Below, piece after piece: positions 19,181 to 29,367 of a DNA stretch of 59,023 nucleotides (position 1 is its first letter; each line of letters opens with the position of its first letter). The DNA is from Candidatus Zapsychrus exili (GTDB lineage: Bacteria; Omnitrophota; Gorgyraeia; Zapsychrales; Zapsychraceae). Where the stretch lies: the NCBI GenBank assembly GCA_030765585.1, contig JAVCCJ010000070.1:1-59023 (forward strand), in the 5' to 3' direction. The notes beneath the pieces were generated by a model. That model was not told the origin of the DNA. It searched no databases and saw nothing but the letters and a program-made list of their open reading frames with translations. Made by a program: the position numbers and the translations under genes.

Positions 19181-19223
19181 TGTTTTTACTTTATCCTTAA
19201 ACCTTAATCCTCAAACCTTGTTT

Positions 19224-19385
19224 TTACTCTACTACTTCAAAATCATCTTTACCAACGCCACATTCAGGACATACCCAATCATCTGATATATCTTCAAATG
19301 CAGTACCAGCTGCAACTCCATTATCAGAATCACCAACTTCAGGATCATAGATATACCCACATACTGTGCATTTATACTTTTTCAT
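19224..19385 (-). CDS. Rubredoxin (53 aa, absent from the ORF track)
   Basis: [19 protein letters not shown]...[17 protein letters not shown]; AGGAG RBS. Confidence 0.96.
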   Translation of the reverse strand: MKKYKCTVCGYIYDPEVGDSDNGVAAGTAFEDISDDWVCPECGVGKDDFEVVE

Positions 19386-19403
19386 TTTTGCCGCTCCTCT
19401 CTT

Positions 19404-19483
19404 AGATCCCTCGCTTTAAAGCTCGGGATAAATTCGAACCTCAATTTACGCTCCCTTTGGTCTCGTAAATTATGCCCTCATTT
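19404..19483 (-). repeat. Two-hairpin dispersed element, copy 4
   Basis: AGATCCCTCGCTTTAAAGCTCGGGATAAATTCGAAC...GCCCTCATTT; overlaps the DUF2892 gene stop codon. Confidence 0.75.
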
Positions 19484-19667
19484 ATTTTAATCCTAACTTC
19501 TTTAATATAATTATCATCGGACACCAATTCGTAAACGCTGACTGCAACAAATTTAATCCAATAAAAACTGTTAATAAAATCCATAAAGGATTTACAAAAT
19601 ATGCAAGAGCAGCGCTTATTAGTACCATTACACCCGCTATTGCCCTTAATACTCTTTCTAATGTCAT
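19482..19667 (-). CDS. DUF2892 (YgaP-like) small membrane protein
   Basis: R.IAG...GLNLLQSAFTNWCPM. Confidence 0.9.
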   Translation of the reverse strand: MTLERVLRAIAGVMVLISAALAYFVNPLWILLTVFIGLNLLQSAFTNWCPMIIILKKLGLK

Positions 19668-19668
19668 T

Positions 19669-22600
19669 TTATCTCTCCAATATATTATTAAACCACTTAT
19701 CTCCTAAAAATTGATAAACTAAAACTGGAAAAACAACTAAAGTTAACACCGACGATAAAGATAGTCCAAAAACAATTGACCATGCAAGCCCTGACCAAAC
19801 TGGATCTGAAGCAATTACTAAAGAGCCTAGTATGGTTGTAATTGATGTTAGAAGTATCGGCCTTGCACGTGTAACGCCAGCATCTAATAATGTACTTTTT
19901 AACGAGCTGTGGTCACGAGCAGCTTGAATTACATACTCGATAAATATTATTGCATTATTAACTACAATACCTGCAAGAGCTATAACTCCTATCATTGATG
20001 TTGCCGAGAAATATACCCTGAAAACAATAAAAAGAATTGCAAACCCTGGCATAACCCCTATTAAAGCAAGTGGGATAGTTCCTAATATAAGCAAAGGCAG
20101 AACAAAAGAATTGAATTGTGCGACCAGTACAAGATAAATTAGGATTATCGCAACTGCAATCGCAAGCCCTAAATCCCTAAATACTTTGACTGTCAGATCC
20201 CATTCACCACCTATTTCTATTTTCACCACATCAGTCTCATTTACTAAATATTCTGCGCCGACCAAAGAAAATTTCGTCAATTCAGAATTATTAGCAAACA
20301 CCTTATAATTAGATAATTTCTTTAATAAATCTATGGCAGCGTACGTCACGCTTCGTTTGCCCATCTCTCCTGATATATAAATAACCTGCTCCCTGTTATC
20401 ATTTAAAATAATATCCTCTTGCAACTGAGACTCCACTTTAATGAACCTTGATACAGGTATATAATTTCCTAATTCATTTTGTATATTAATATTTTCAAGA
20501 TCTTTTATACTATCCCTTAGATCCCTGTCAAATTTAAGAACAATATATTCCTGCTCATAATTATAATCACTATGATATACCCCTATTATCTTTCCACTAA
20601 ATATAGTTTCAAGCTCATTTGAAATAGACTCAACACTTACTTTCAACTTAGCTGCCAGATCTTTATCTATTGATAAAACATGCTTCTTGTGTTCCTCTAA
20701 AGAAGATACATCAATATCTTTTACTCCCTCTATTTCCTTAGATATTTTCTCAATATCGCCTGCAACACTATAAAGCAACTTCTTATTTCTGCTTTTTACC
20801 TTAACATAAAATGTCGACTTTACAGGTGGTCCTGGAGGATCTTCTACAACCTTTATTCTCAAACTCTTATTTTCCTTAAAATTACCCTCTAATAGCTCTC
20901 TATATTCATAGGCTAACTCCTCTGATTTCAATACTCTTTTGTTCGGATGAGTTAGATTAAGTTTTAAAGTTATCTGATTTGTCTCTTTTCTCTCCTGAAC
21001 CCCTCTAAATAAACCATTAAAATCAAGAACTGGTGGTATTCCAACGAATGATTGTATACTTAAAATATCCTTCTCTTTTAATAACAGATTTGATGCCTCA
21101 TTTGATACAGCATTAGTGCTCTCTATGCTTATACCTCTGTCTAAGTCCATATATACATATATCTGTTCTCTATCCGCCTTAGGTAACATTCTAAATCTTA
21201 CCAATTTAATTACAGGGAATGTCAAAACTATTAAAAGAATAACAAATGCCCCCAACAAAAACCTAAATCTTTTTTTCTTATCATCAATTAATCCCGATAA
21301 TATGCTTTTATATCTTTCTAAAACAAATCTCATAATATTGCATATAACTCCACACTTCTGTTCTATGCTAGACTCTATTTTATCTTTGCAGAATACACCA
21401 GCCAACCACGGATTCATAGTATAGGCATATATTAATGATACAATAAGCGCTGCTGATACAAAAAACGGCAAAGGCCCCATATATGGGCCCATCATGCCTG
21501 TTACAAATGCCATAGGAATAAAAGCTAGAACAGTTGTCAAAGTAGACAAAAACAATCCTGTTCCCACCTCAGAAACTGACTGCGACACCAAAGAGATCTT
21601 ATCCAGCTCAGGAAATTTCTTTTTATTCTTAACGATATTCTCTATAACAACTGTTGCACTATCCACTAGAAGCCCTAAAGAAAGAATTAAAGCAAATAAT
21701 GTAATTCTGTTTATTGTATATCCAAAAAGATTTCCTAAAGCCAAAACTGTTAGCAAAGTCATCGGAATGCTAAACGCAACTATTAATGCAGCACGATGAT
21801 TTAAAAAACAAAACAATACAAAAAATACTATTGCAATGGCTTGAATAAGATTTTTAGTAAGACCTGATATCTCTTCTTTGGCTATACGTCCTTCATCTTT
21901 CACAATCTCAATATTTATACCTTTTAAATAATCTCTTCTTTTAACCAAGTCTGCTAACTTAGAGTCGATATCATTTGATACATTAATTATATTTTTGCCT
22001 TTTTGTTTTGAAATGGAAAGAAAAACTGCATTATCAAGATTTAATCCTTTTTTATAAAAATTGACATAATCTTCATACTCTTTTTCTTTTTCAATAACCG
22101 TAGCTACATCAGATACCTTTAAACTCTTTTCATAATTTGAAGCTATTATTATATTTTCTATATCCTTAACCCCAACAACCTGCTCCTGTGTCTCGACCTT
22201 AAAATACTTATCCTTTGTTTTAACAAGCCCTAAATCTTTCAATAAAGACGTATTATTTAAAGCCTGCATTATCTCTATTAAAGACGTTTGAGAAGTACTC
22301 ATTTTCAAAGGGTCAAGAACAATTTGAAATTCTCTTTTTCTTCCCCCGGCAACCTCTGCTAAAGATGTGCCCTTTACCTGCTTTAACTCATCACGTAACT
22401 GATATGCTATCTTCCTTAATGCTACAGGATCTTTGTCATTTGAATACAAGACAACAGTTTTAATAGGCAGATCTTCTGGGTCTATTGAATAAATATATGG
22501 ATCACTTACTCCTAAAGGAGATAAATTAAGTCTACTTGATATTTTCTGTCGAAGAATTATCATACTTTCTTCCAAATTCTCGCCTACAAAAAACTCAACA

Positions 22601-22890
22601 ATAACAGATGATTTTCCACCCTGAATTGACTTTGAATAAATATTTTCTATCGAAGGGATTTCGGCAAGAATATCTTCAAGCGGCTTAGTAACTATCTGAT
22701 ATACTTCATCAACAGTTGCTCCTTCAAATTCCACATCAACTGAGAATGCAGGAGCAACAATATCGGGATTATACTGTTTTGGCATAATGACAAAAGATAT
22801 GCTTCCCCATAGAATAATCCCTATAAAAATAAGGAATGAAAGCTTCTTATTCTTTAAAAAGTATTCTGATATTTTTCCGTATATATTCAT
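19669..22890 (-). CDS. RND efflux permease (AcrB/AcrD/AcrF family)
   Basis: 1073 aa; LGLLVD, GIVVNNAI, RARPILLTS RND motifs. Confidence 0.93.
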   Translation of the reverse strand: MNIYGKISEYFLKNKKLSFLIFIGIILWGSISFVIMPKQYNPDIVAPAFSVDVEFEGATVDEVYQIVTKPLEDILAEIPSIENIYSKSIQGGKSSVIVEFFVGENLEESMIILRQKISSRLNLSPLGVSDPYIYSIDPEDLPIKTVVLYSNDKDPVALRKIAYQLRDELKQVKGTSLAEVAGGRKREFQIVLDPLKMSTSQTSLIEIMQALNNTSLLKDLGLVKTKDKYFKVETQEQVVGVKDIENIIIASNYEKSLKVSDVATVIEKEKEYEDYVNFYKKGLNLDNAVFLSISKQKGKNIINVSNDIDSKLADLVKRRDYLKGINIEIVKDEGRIAKEEISGLTKNLIQAIAIVFFVLFCFLNHRAALIVAFSIPMTLLTVLALGNLFGYTINRITLFALILSLGLLVDSATVVIENIVKNKKKFPELDKISLVSQSVSEVGTGLFLSTLTTVLAFIPMAFVTGMMGPYMGPLPFFVSAALIVSLIYAYTMNPWLAGVFCKDKIESSIEQKCGVICNIMRFVLERYKSILSGLIDDKKKRFRFLLGAFVILLIVLTFPVIKLVRFRMLPKADREQIYVYMDLDRGISIESTNAVSNEASNLLLKEKDILSIQSFVGIPPVLDFNGLFRGVQERKETNQITLKLNLTHPNKRVLKSEELAYEYRELLEGNFKENKSLRIKVVEDPPGPPVKSTFYVKVKSRNKKLLYSVAGDIEKISKEIEGVKDIDVSSLEEHKKHVLSIDKDLAAKLKVSVESISNELETIFSGKIIGVYHSDYNYEQEYIVLKFDRDLRDSIKDLENINIQNELGNYIPVSRFIKVESQLQEDIILNDNREQVIYISGEMGKRSVTYAAIDLLKKLSNYKVFANNSELTKFSLVGAEYLVNETDVVKIEIGGEWDLTVKVFRDLGLAIAVAIILIYLVLVAQFNSFVLPLLILGTIPLALIGVMPGFAILFIVFRVYFSATSMIGVIALAGIVVNNAIIFIEYVIQAARDHSSLKSTLLDAGVTRARPILLTSITTILGSLVIASDPVWSGLAWSIVFGLSLSSVLTLVVFPVLVYQFLGDKWFNNILER

Positions 22891-22904
22891 AATGATAAAT
22901 GATA

Positions 22905-22960
22905 GGGGACAGACAGGAGATATGGGTATTTACCTGTTTCCATATCTCCTGTCTGTCCCC
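22905..22960. repeat. Perfect 21-bp inverted repeat, GGGGACAG-type REP-like hairpin
   Basis: GGGGACAGACAGGAGATATGG (22905-22925)/CCATATCTCCTGTCTGTCCCC (22940-22960). Confidence 0.85.
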
Positions 22961-22971
22961 ATTATTATTAA

Positions 22972-23547
22972 TTAATAATTCTCAGCCAATACTTCATAAA
23001 ACGCTTGTGGATGAATGCATGCAGGACAAACTTTAGGCGCTTCTTTGCTCTCATGAACATATCCGCAATTACGACATCTCCACTTTACCGTTGTATCTTT
23101 CTTAAAAACTGTGCCATCTTTTACATTTTTAAGCAAAGCTCTGTATCTTTTTTCATGCTCCTCTTCCACTTCTGATATTTCCTTAAAAATCTCTGCTATT
23201 TCTTTAAAACCTTCTTCTAATGCTGTCTCCGATGCTTCTTTGTAAAGAACACTCCACTCCATTTTTTCCCCGTCTGCAGAAGCTTCTAAATTTTCAGCAG
23301 TATCACCTATTGCTCCAGCAGGATAACTTGCAGTAATCTCTACTTCACCACCTTCTAGAAATTTAAAGAACTTTTTTGCATGTTCTTTTTCGTTTTCAGC
23401 TGTTTCTAGAAATATAGCTGCTATTTGTTCATATCCTGCTTTCTTAGCAACACTTGCAAAGTATGTATATCTATTCCTTGCTTGTGACTCGCCGGCAAAT
23501 GATGCTAATAAATTCTTCTCTGTCTTAGTTCCTTTTAATTTTGACAT
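22972..23547 (-). CDS. rbr: Rubrerythrin
   Basis: FAGESQARNRY, EKEHAK, C-terminal WRCRNCGY...CPAC.HP. Confidence 0.96.
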   Translation of the reverse strand: MSKLKGTKTEKNLLASFAGESQARNRYTYFASVAKKAGYEQIAAIFLETAENEKEHAKKFFKFLEGGEVEITASYPAGAIGDTAENLEASADGEKMEWSVLYKEASETALEEGFKEIAEIFKEISEVEEEHEKRYRALLKNVKDGTVFKKDTTVKWRCRNCGYVHESKEAPKVCPACIHPQAFYEVLAENY

Positions 23548-23565
23548 TTTTCTTTTCTCCTATTC

Positions 23566-24276
23566 TTAATAACCCATAAAATTCTCGGCCTTTATCATAT
23601 CTTCTGCACATCCAAGATTAGCGCAAACTTTCTTCATTGCCTCTACCATGACCGGAGGTCCTACTATAAATAAATTTCTTATCTTATAATCAATCATCTG
23701 TTTATTAATGAATTCTTCATTTATCATACCCTTTGAATATCCCATATCATTATCTGGGAGTTCTACAAGGCAATGCGATATATTGATTAAACCTTTTTCT
23801 TTGCTCCAATTATCCAATTCTTCTTTAAAAGCAATATCCTTAACTGTCCAATTTGAATATAAAAGATTGACATCTATATCCAAATTCTTATCCAATATAT
23901 ATTCTATTATAGAAATCGCAGGCGTTATGCCTATACCACCTGCAAGAAAACCTATTTTTTTATACTCTTCTTTTAAAACACAACTTCCCATAGGACCTTT
24001 GATCAAAATTTCATCACCTTCTTTTAAAAATTTTAAACGAGATGAGAATTCGCTATCTGATAATTTCTTTGTAAACTCAATATAATCCCGCTCAGGCGAG
24101 CAAGAAAACGATAAATACTTATTTACATTCTTATTCTGCATATTTTCTTTATCAAAAATGATCTGTGCAAATTGCCCAGGGATAAATGAAATCTTGCTTT
24201 CAGGAGAAAATCTAAAACTTGATACATTATCTGTTCTTTTAACGCTTCCTATAAATTTACACTTAAACTCCTGCAT
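23566..24276 (-). CDS. FAD/NAD(P)-binding oxidoreductase (FNR-like)
   Basis: F.PGQF, GPMG, AGGIGITP, GPPVMV; AGGAG before ATG 24276. Confidence 0.88.
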   Translation of the reverse strand: MQEFKCKFIGSVKRTDNVSSFRFSPESKISFIPGQFAQIIFDKENMQNKNVNKYLSFSCSPERDYIEFTKKLSDSEFSSRLKFLKEGDEILIKGPMGSCVLKEEYKKIGFLAGGIGITPAISIIEYILDKNLDIDVNLLYSNWTVKDIAFKEELDNWSKEKGLINISHCLVELPDNDMGYSKGMINEEFINKQMIDYKIRNLFIVGPPVMVEAMKKVCANLGCAEDMIKAENFMGY

Positions 24277-24289
24277 GTTTTCTCCTATG

Positions 24290-24754
24290 CTATTTTTTCT
24301 TGATCGGCGACAGATCAATCACCTTCTCAACATCTATCTCTATCAAATATTTAGGATGTTTAGGAAGATCCACTTCAAAATGTTTCCTTGATTTTACACT
24401 AGTCTGAACACTTTTTATTACCCTGCTTGAAATCCTTCTTATAATGCTGTTTTCCCACTTCTTTATTATATGATCTTCTATTTTTTCTCTTAAGACTATC
24501 TTTGCTTTTCCCTGTATAGTTACTCCTGAAAAACTATGTTCATCTATAGCATCAATGCTTACTGTAGAATTTCTAGCTAAATTCTTATAAGTATTCCCCT
24601 TGTACAAATCTATAATAAAAACTTTATCTTCTTCTATCCCAACTATTCCTTTGGCAGAACAATTTATTTTATTTCTAGAATCTAAAGTAGCGACCATAAC
24701 AAACCCTTGTCTTTGCAATAAATTCATCTGATCTCTAGATAATTTATCTTTCAT
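24290..24754 (-). CDS. Pyridoxamine 5'-phosphate oxidase-like FMN-binding protein
   Basis: VATLD...NCSAKG, T.KNL..N, G..IQGKA pattern. Confidence 0.75.
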   Translation of the reverse strand: MKDKLSRDQMNLLQRQGFVMVATLDSRNKINCSAKGIVGIEEDKVFIIDLYKGNTYKNLARNSTVSIDAIDEHSFSGVTIQGKAKIVLREKIEDHIIKKWENSIIRRISSRVIKSVQTSVKSRKHFEVDLPKHPKYLIEIDVEKVIDLSPIKKK

Positions 24755-25188
24755 TGTTGATATCCATTTTCAGCTATAAATTCCTTTATCTTTAACTGAA
24801 TTTCTTCTCTTACAACACGTGTAAAAGCTAACTTTTCTTCTGCAGAACCCTCAAAGGAAGAAGGATCAGAAAATCCCCATCTAATTTGCTTTTCATTTCC
24901 GGGGAAAATAGGGCACTTAGATGCATTTGCCTCATCACACACTTTTATTACATAATCATAGCTCTTACCACTGTTGATAAGCTCTGATACTGATTGCGTC
25001 TTTTTGCCCTCAATATTAATTCCTATTTCTCTAAGCACACTTACAGCAAAAGGATTTAAATTACCAGGCTCAATTCCAGCACTTTCAACATCAAACTTGT
25101 CCGGAGCTAATTTTCTTAATATTTCTTCTGCCATCTGACTTCTGGCAGAATTATGTATGCAAATAAAAAGAATACTTTTCTTCATCAT
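24751..25188 (-). CDS. arsC: LMW-PTP-type arsenate reductase
   Basis: CIHNSARSQMAE, SAG, CPIFP, W.F.DP. Confidence 0.88.
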   Translation of the reverse strand: MMKKSILFICIHNSARSQMAEEILRKLAPDKFDVESAGIEPGNLNPFAVSVLREIGINIEGKKTQSVSELINSGKSYDYVIKVCDEANASKCPIFPGNEKQIRWGFSDPSSFEGSAEEKLAFTRVVREEIQLKIKEFIAENGYQQ

Positions 25189-25376
25189 TAATTTATCTTT
25201 ATTGCATCAACTGAACAAACCCTTTCACAGCCTCGCAATTTATCACATTTTGTTTCATTAATAACTTTACATTTATTGATTTTACTATCAATATAAAGAA
25301 TATTCATTGGACACATATCAACGCAAAGCCCACATCCTATACATTTGTCTTCATCTATTAGTACTATTTTATTCAT
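25188..25376 (-). CDS. 2x[4Fe-4S] ferredoxin
   Basis: CIGCGLCVDMCP and CDKLRGCERVC. Confidence 0.9.
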   Translation of the reverse strand: MNKIVLIDEDKCIGCGLCVDMCPMNILYIDSKINKCKVINETKCDKLRGCERVCSVDAIKIN

Positions 25377-25402
25377 AATATTGATATAGTCTAGTATAAA
25401 CT

Positions 25403-27016
25403 TTAACTACCAGACAACATTGCTTCTATATCACTTTTTGCATCGCTAATTGGTTTTATGTCAAAATTCTCAACTAAAACCTTAACAACATTAGGTGACA
25501 AGAAAGCTGGCAAGGTTGGCCCTAAGCGTATTCCTTTGACTCCTAAAAAAAGAAGAGCTAAAAGAACAATGACTGCTTTTTGCTCATACCAAGCTATATC
25601 AAAAGCGATTGGTAATTTATTGATATCATCTAGTTCAAATACTTCTTTTAATTTTAAAGCTATAACAACCAACGAATAAGAATCATTACATTGCCCAGCA
25701 TCTAAAACTCTTGGTATGCCTCCAATATCCCCAAGATTAAGCTTATTATAACGATATTTAGCACAACCTGCTGTTAGTATTACTGTATCTTTGGGCAATT
25801 GTTCTGCGACCTCTGTAAAATAATTTCTTTCTTTATGCCTACCATCGCATCCTGCCATAACAACAAACTTACTTATAGCCCCAGACTTTACAGCCTCAAC
25901 TACCTTATCTACCAAAGAAAGCACTTGATTATGAGCAAATCCACCTACAATCTCGCCCTTTTCAATTTCTACTGGTGACTTACATGTTTTAGCTAAAATT
26001 ATAATACTAGAAAAATCTTTAGGACTACCATCTTCAATATGTCTAACTCCTGGATAACCTGCCATACCAGTTGTGAAAAATCTATCTTTATAAGAATCCT
26101 GAACAGGTGTTATGCAATTCGTGGTCATTAAAATAGGTCCATTAAATGACTCAAATTCTTTATTTTGTTTCCACCAGGAATTACCATAATTACCAACGAA
26201 ATGTTCATACTTCTTAAAGGCTGGATAATAATTGGCAGGCAACATTTCACTATGAGTGTAAACATCTACGCCTGTATTTTCTGTTTGTTTTAATAGCTCT
26301 TCCATGTCTTTTAAATCATGACCGGAAATCAAAATACCTGGCTTTGTTCCTACACCAATATTAACTTTTGTAATTTCAGGATTACCATAAGCTTTAGTAT
26401 TAGCCTCATCTAGAAGAGCCATAGTTGCAACTGCAACCTCGCCTGCTTTTAAAACAAGTGCTACCATTTCATCAACAGACAAATCTTCTGTTGTAGAAGC
26501 CAAGGCTTTAAAAATAAATGCATATACTTCATCTTTCTCTAAACCTAAAACAGCTGCATGAGAAGCGTAAGCAGATAAGCCCTTTAGCCCATAAACAAGC
26601 AACTCGCGAAGCGATCTAACATCTTCATTTTCTGTAGATAAAACTCCTACTTCAGAAGCCTTGCTATAGAATTCGTCTACATTATCTGAATACCAAATAG
26701 CAGAGTCGTGAAGATCGTCCTGAGATAATTGCGATTTCTTTTGAACTTCTGCTCGGACAACTAAAGCCTGCCTAATTAGTTCAACAAATCTATTATCATC
26801 AAAATTAGCATTAGTAATTGTTGCAAAAAGAGCATCTGCAACAAATAACCCAGCCTTCTTGTCTACCCCTTCTACCTTAGAAGAATAAATAGAAATACCT
26901 TTTAAAACATAAACCAGCAAATCTTGTAAATTAGCTGTTTGTTCTTTTTTTCCACAAGCTCCACCTTTTGTACAACCAGTATTGCCTATTGCTTCTTGAC
27001 ATTGATAACAAAACAT
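25403..27016 (-). CDS. hcp: Hybrid cluster protein (hydroxylamine reductase)
   Basis: [39 protein letters not shown]. Confidence 0.97.
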   Translation of the reverse strand: MFCYQCQEAIGNTGCTKGGACGKKEQTANLQDLLVYVLKGISIYSSKVEGVDKKAGLFVADALFATITNANFDDNRFVELIRQALVVRAEVQKKSQLSQDDLHDSAIWYSDNVDEFYSKASEVGVLSTENEDVRSLRELLVYGLKGLSAYASHAAVLGLEKDEVYAFIFKALASTTEDLSVDEMVALVLKAGEVAVATMALLDEANTKAYGNPEITKVNIGVGTKPGILISGHDLKDMEELLKQTENTGVDVYTHSEMLPANYYPAFKKYEHFVGNYGNSWWKQNKEFESFNGPILMTTNCITPVQDSYKDRFFTTGMAGYPGVRHIEDGSPKDFSSIIILAKTCKSPVEIEKGEIVGGFAHNQVLSLVDKVVEAVKSGAISKFVVMAGCDGRHKERNYFTEVAEQLPKDTVILTAGCAKYRYNKLNLGDIGGIPRVLDAGQCNDSYSLVVIALKLKEVFELDDINKLPIAFDIAWYEQKAVIVLLALLFLGVKGIRLGPTLPAFLSPNVVKVLVENFDIKPISDAKSDIEAMLSGS

Positions 27017-27070
27017 TTTGACCTCTCTTATTTTCTTTTTGTTTATAATACTTATCCTAAATCCAGACTA

Positions 27071-27099
27071 ATGATACTACTCTAGTATCTTTTGTCAAG
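27071..27099 (-). promoter_or_regulatory. sigma70 promoter of the hcp operon with an overlapping 7-3-7 palindromic operator
   Basis: TTGACA-16 nt-TATCAT on the minus strand; GATACTA-CTC-TAGTATC at 27073-27089. Confidence 0.7.
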
Positions 27100-27115
27100 T
27101 ATTTTTTTATAGAGA

Positions 27116-28168
27116 TTATTTTCTATTGTTGCTTAAAATATTAATAAGAATTCCTACTAACAAGACAATAGTAGATATAGCACTGACCCAAGCAGGAAGA
27201 ATTTGACTATGTGACATTATGTGGTGGGTTATATTTATATCAAAATACTGCCAAATAATATTTAATATGTAGCCTAAAAACAAGCTTGAGATAATTATAG
27301 AAGAAACAAAAATTGCAGCTGCTTTTACTCCAAGCTCTTTAGCTATAACTGTTAACGCAGCTGAATTTGTAGCAGGTCCACTTAAAAGAAAAACAAACGC
27401 TGCCCCTGGATTTAATCCTTTTAACATAAGCGCAGCAGCAATAGGAAGCGACCCTGATGAACAAACATACATTGGCATTCCAATTAAAAGCATTATAAAC
27501 ATAGACTTCCAAGTAGAACTTAAATAATTTGTTATAAAGGTATCTGGAATAAAATATGATATTACCCCAGCTACTAATATTCCTATTAATACCCACGGAC
27601 CTACATCTTTAAGAAGATCAACAAATGCGTACTTAAATACTCCTTTTATTTTGCTTGCGATAGATTCGATATTATGTTGATGTTCCTGATGATGGCTACA
27701 ACAAGCTTTAGGCTTGTTTAATATGGGAGCTGTCTCCGAAAGAGGGCTATCCTCCCCTTTAAAGAATATATTTGCGAGAACTCCAGCAAAAACACCTGCT
27801 ACAAATGATGCTATTATTCTATAAATAGTAAAAATACCACCTAAGATACCATACGTTGCGAATATTGAATCTATTCCTGTCGTCGGGGTTGATATCAAAA
27901 AGGATAGTATGGCTCCCTTGCTCGCCCCATCCCTTTTAAGAGATAAAGCAGCAGGAATTACTCCACACGAACAAAGTGGCAAAGGTATACCAAATAAAGA
28001 TGCCTTAATAACAGATGATAATTTATTTTTGCCTAAATGCTTTGCTATAGTTTCTGTTTTAAGAAATATATGAATAATTCCTGCGACCAGAAAACCAAAA
28101 AGCAAATAAACAGACATCTTGTTTAACAAAAAATACGATTCTCTTAAAATGTCTAATATAATATTCAT
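27116..28168 (-). CDS. SO_0444/ArsP-like (DUF318) metal permease
   Basis: PLPLCSCGVIP, STPTTG.DS, PMYVCS, GPATN; His-rich loop. Confidence 0.9.
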   Translation of the reverse strand: MNIILDILRESYFLLNKMSVYLLFGFLVAGIIHIFLKTETIAKHLGKNKLSSVIKASLFGIPLPLCSCGVIPAALSLKRDGASKGAILSFLISTPTTGIDSIFATYGILGGIFTIYRIIASFVAGVFAGVLANIFFKGEDSPLSETAPILNKPKACCSHHQEHQHNIESIASKIKGVFKYAFVDLLKDVGPWVLIGILVAGVISYFIPDTFITNYLSSTWKSMFIMLLIGMPMYVCSSGSLPIAAALMLKGLNPGAAFVFLLSGPATNSAALTVIAKELGVKAAAIFVSSIIISSLFLGYILNIIWQYFDINITHHIMSHSQILPAWVSAISTIVLLVGILINILSNNRK

Positions 28169-28191
28169 TCTTATACCTTACGCCTTAAACC

Positions 28192-28590
28192 TTATTCCTC
28201 AGCTTGCATTGACTCTTCTATAATCTTTACATATTTATCTGGATCTTCGTTAAATGCTTTTAAACATCCAAAACAACAAAGACTATAAATTTTACCATTA
28301 TACTCTGCCTTAGTTGCATATTCTTCTACAACTTCAGCTCCCATTACAGGACAAACTTTATTTCCGACGATAATAGACTCTTTGACTGCTACTTCACCTT
28401 CTACCGCCTCATCTAAAACAACTTCTTCTGCTTCTTCGACCATATGCATAGAATGATCCTGTTCCATAACTTCATCCATATGGTGTTCCATAGTTTCATC
28501 CATTTGATGCTCCATTGCGTCTTGCGCGAATACAAATGGAATTAAGAATAAAACTAAAACTACTGAAAAAATAATTGAATAACGTTTCAT
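28192..28590 (-). CDS. Exported Met/His-rich YHS-domain protein
   Basis: Signal peptide, MEH repeats, GNKVCPVMG...YNGKIYSLCCFGC...F..DP.KY; GGAGG RBS. Confidence 0.85.
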   Translation of the reverse strand: MKRYSIIFSVVLVLFLIPFVFAQDAMEHQMDETMEHHMDEVMEQDHSMHMVEEAEEVVLDEAVEGEVAVKESIIVGNKVCPVMGAEVVEEYATKAEYNGKIYSLCCFGCLKAFNEDPDKYVKIIEESMQAEE

Positions 28591-28621
28591 TTTTACTCCT
28601 CCTTTATTTTTGAAAAAATAT

Positions 28622-29353
28622 TTATCTGACTTTTTCTGTATAAATAACATTAAACACATTAGCAACAATCAAAGATGTTATAAAAATATCTACTTGGGGC
28701 ATAAATTTAAACATAATAAAACTAGTTAACCCAGCAATACTACCGAATAAAAATCCTTTCAACGTCCCAAATCCAGATGTTTTTGGTTCAATAAGCATAA
28801 TAAACAAAAAGAACCAACTAATCATATTAATAGGATTTACTCCTGAGAAATAAAATGTACTCGAAAACACAAGAAGAAACCCCAAAGCATGCGACCATTT
28901 CTTTAAAGATAAAACAAGATAAATCCCAGCAATAATTATTATGTAGATATTAGATTCAATGTTCCATGTAAGCGGTTGTTTAAACAGCGCCGCTACAAAA
29001 AGTGCAAAGTTAGCAGGATTGAATATATGTTTGTTCTTTATCCTTAAGATGAATTTTGAAATTATAGCAATTGACGAGAAAACTAATAGCAAATACCAAT
29101 CTGAACCATAATCCAAAACACCTGTAACAATAAAACCTGTAATAATAGCACTTTGTGCAGAGATTTTCTTCTTACGGAAAATCTTATTCAACAAGATATC
29201 CAACACAACGCATGTTAAAATGCCCCCAGCAATCCACAGAATAAATCTCACTCCGCCTTGAGGTATTTTTATTGCAAAAAGGATGCTAAGAAGCGAAATC
29301 ACCAAGTTTTTCTTATTTTTAATAAGTTTTTTTAACTTATTCATAATTTTCAA
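28622..29353 (-). CDS. Stand-alone RnfD/NqrB-family membrane protein
   Basis: SAIITG, SKF.....KHIFNPA, F.FIMLIEPKTS. Confidence 0.8.
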   Translation of the reverse strand: MKIMNKLKKLIKNKKNLVISLLSILFAIKIPQGGVRFILWIAGGILTCVVLDILLNKIFRKKKISAQSAIITGFIVTGVLDYGSDWYLLLVFSSIAIISKFILRIKNKHIFNPANFALFVAALFKQPLTWNIESNIYIIIIAGIYLVLSLKKWSHALGFLLVFSSTFYFSGVNPINMISWFFLFIMLIEPKTSGFGTLKGFLFGSIAGLTSFIMFKFMPQVDIFITSLIVANVFNVIYTEKVR

Positions 29354-29367
29354 GTCCTTTTTACTTA

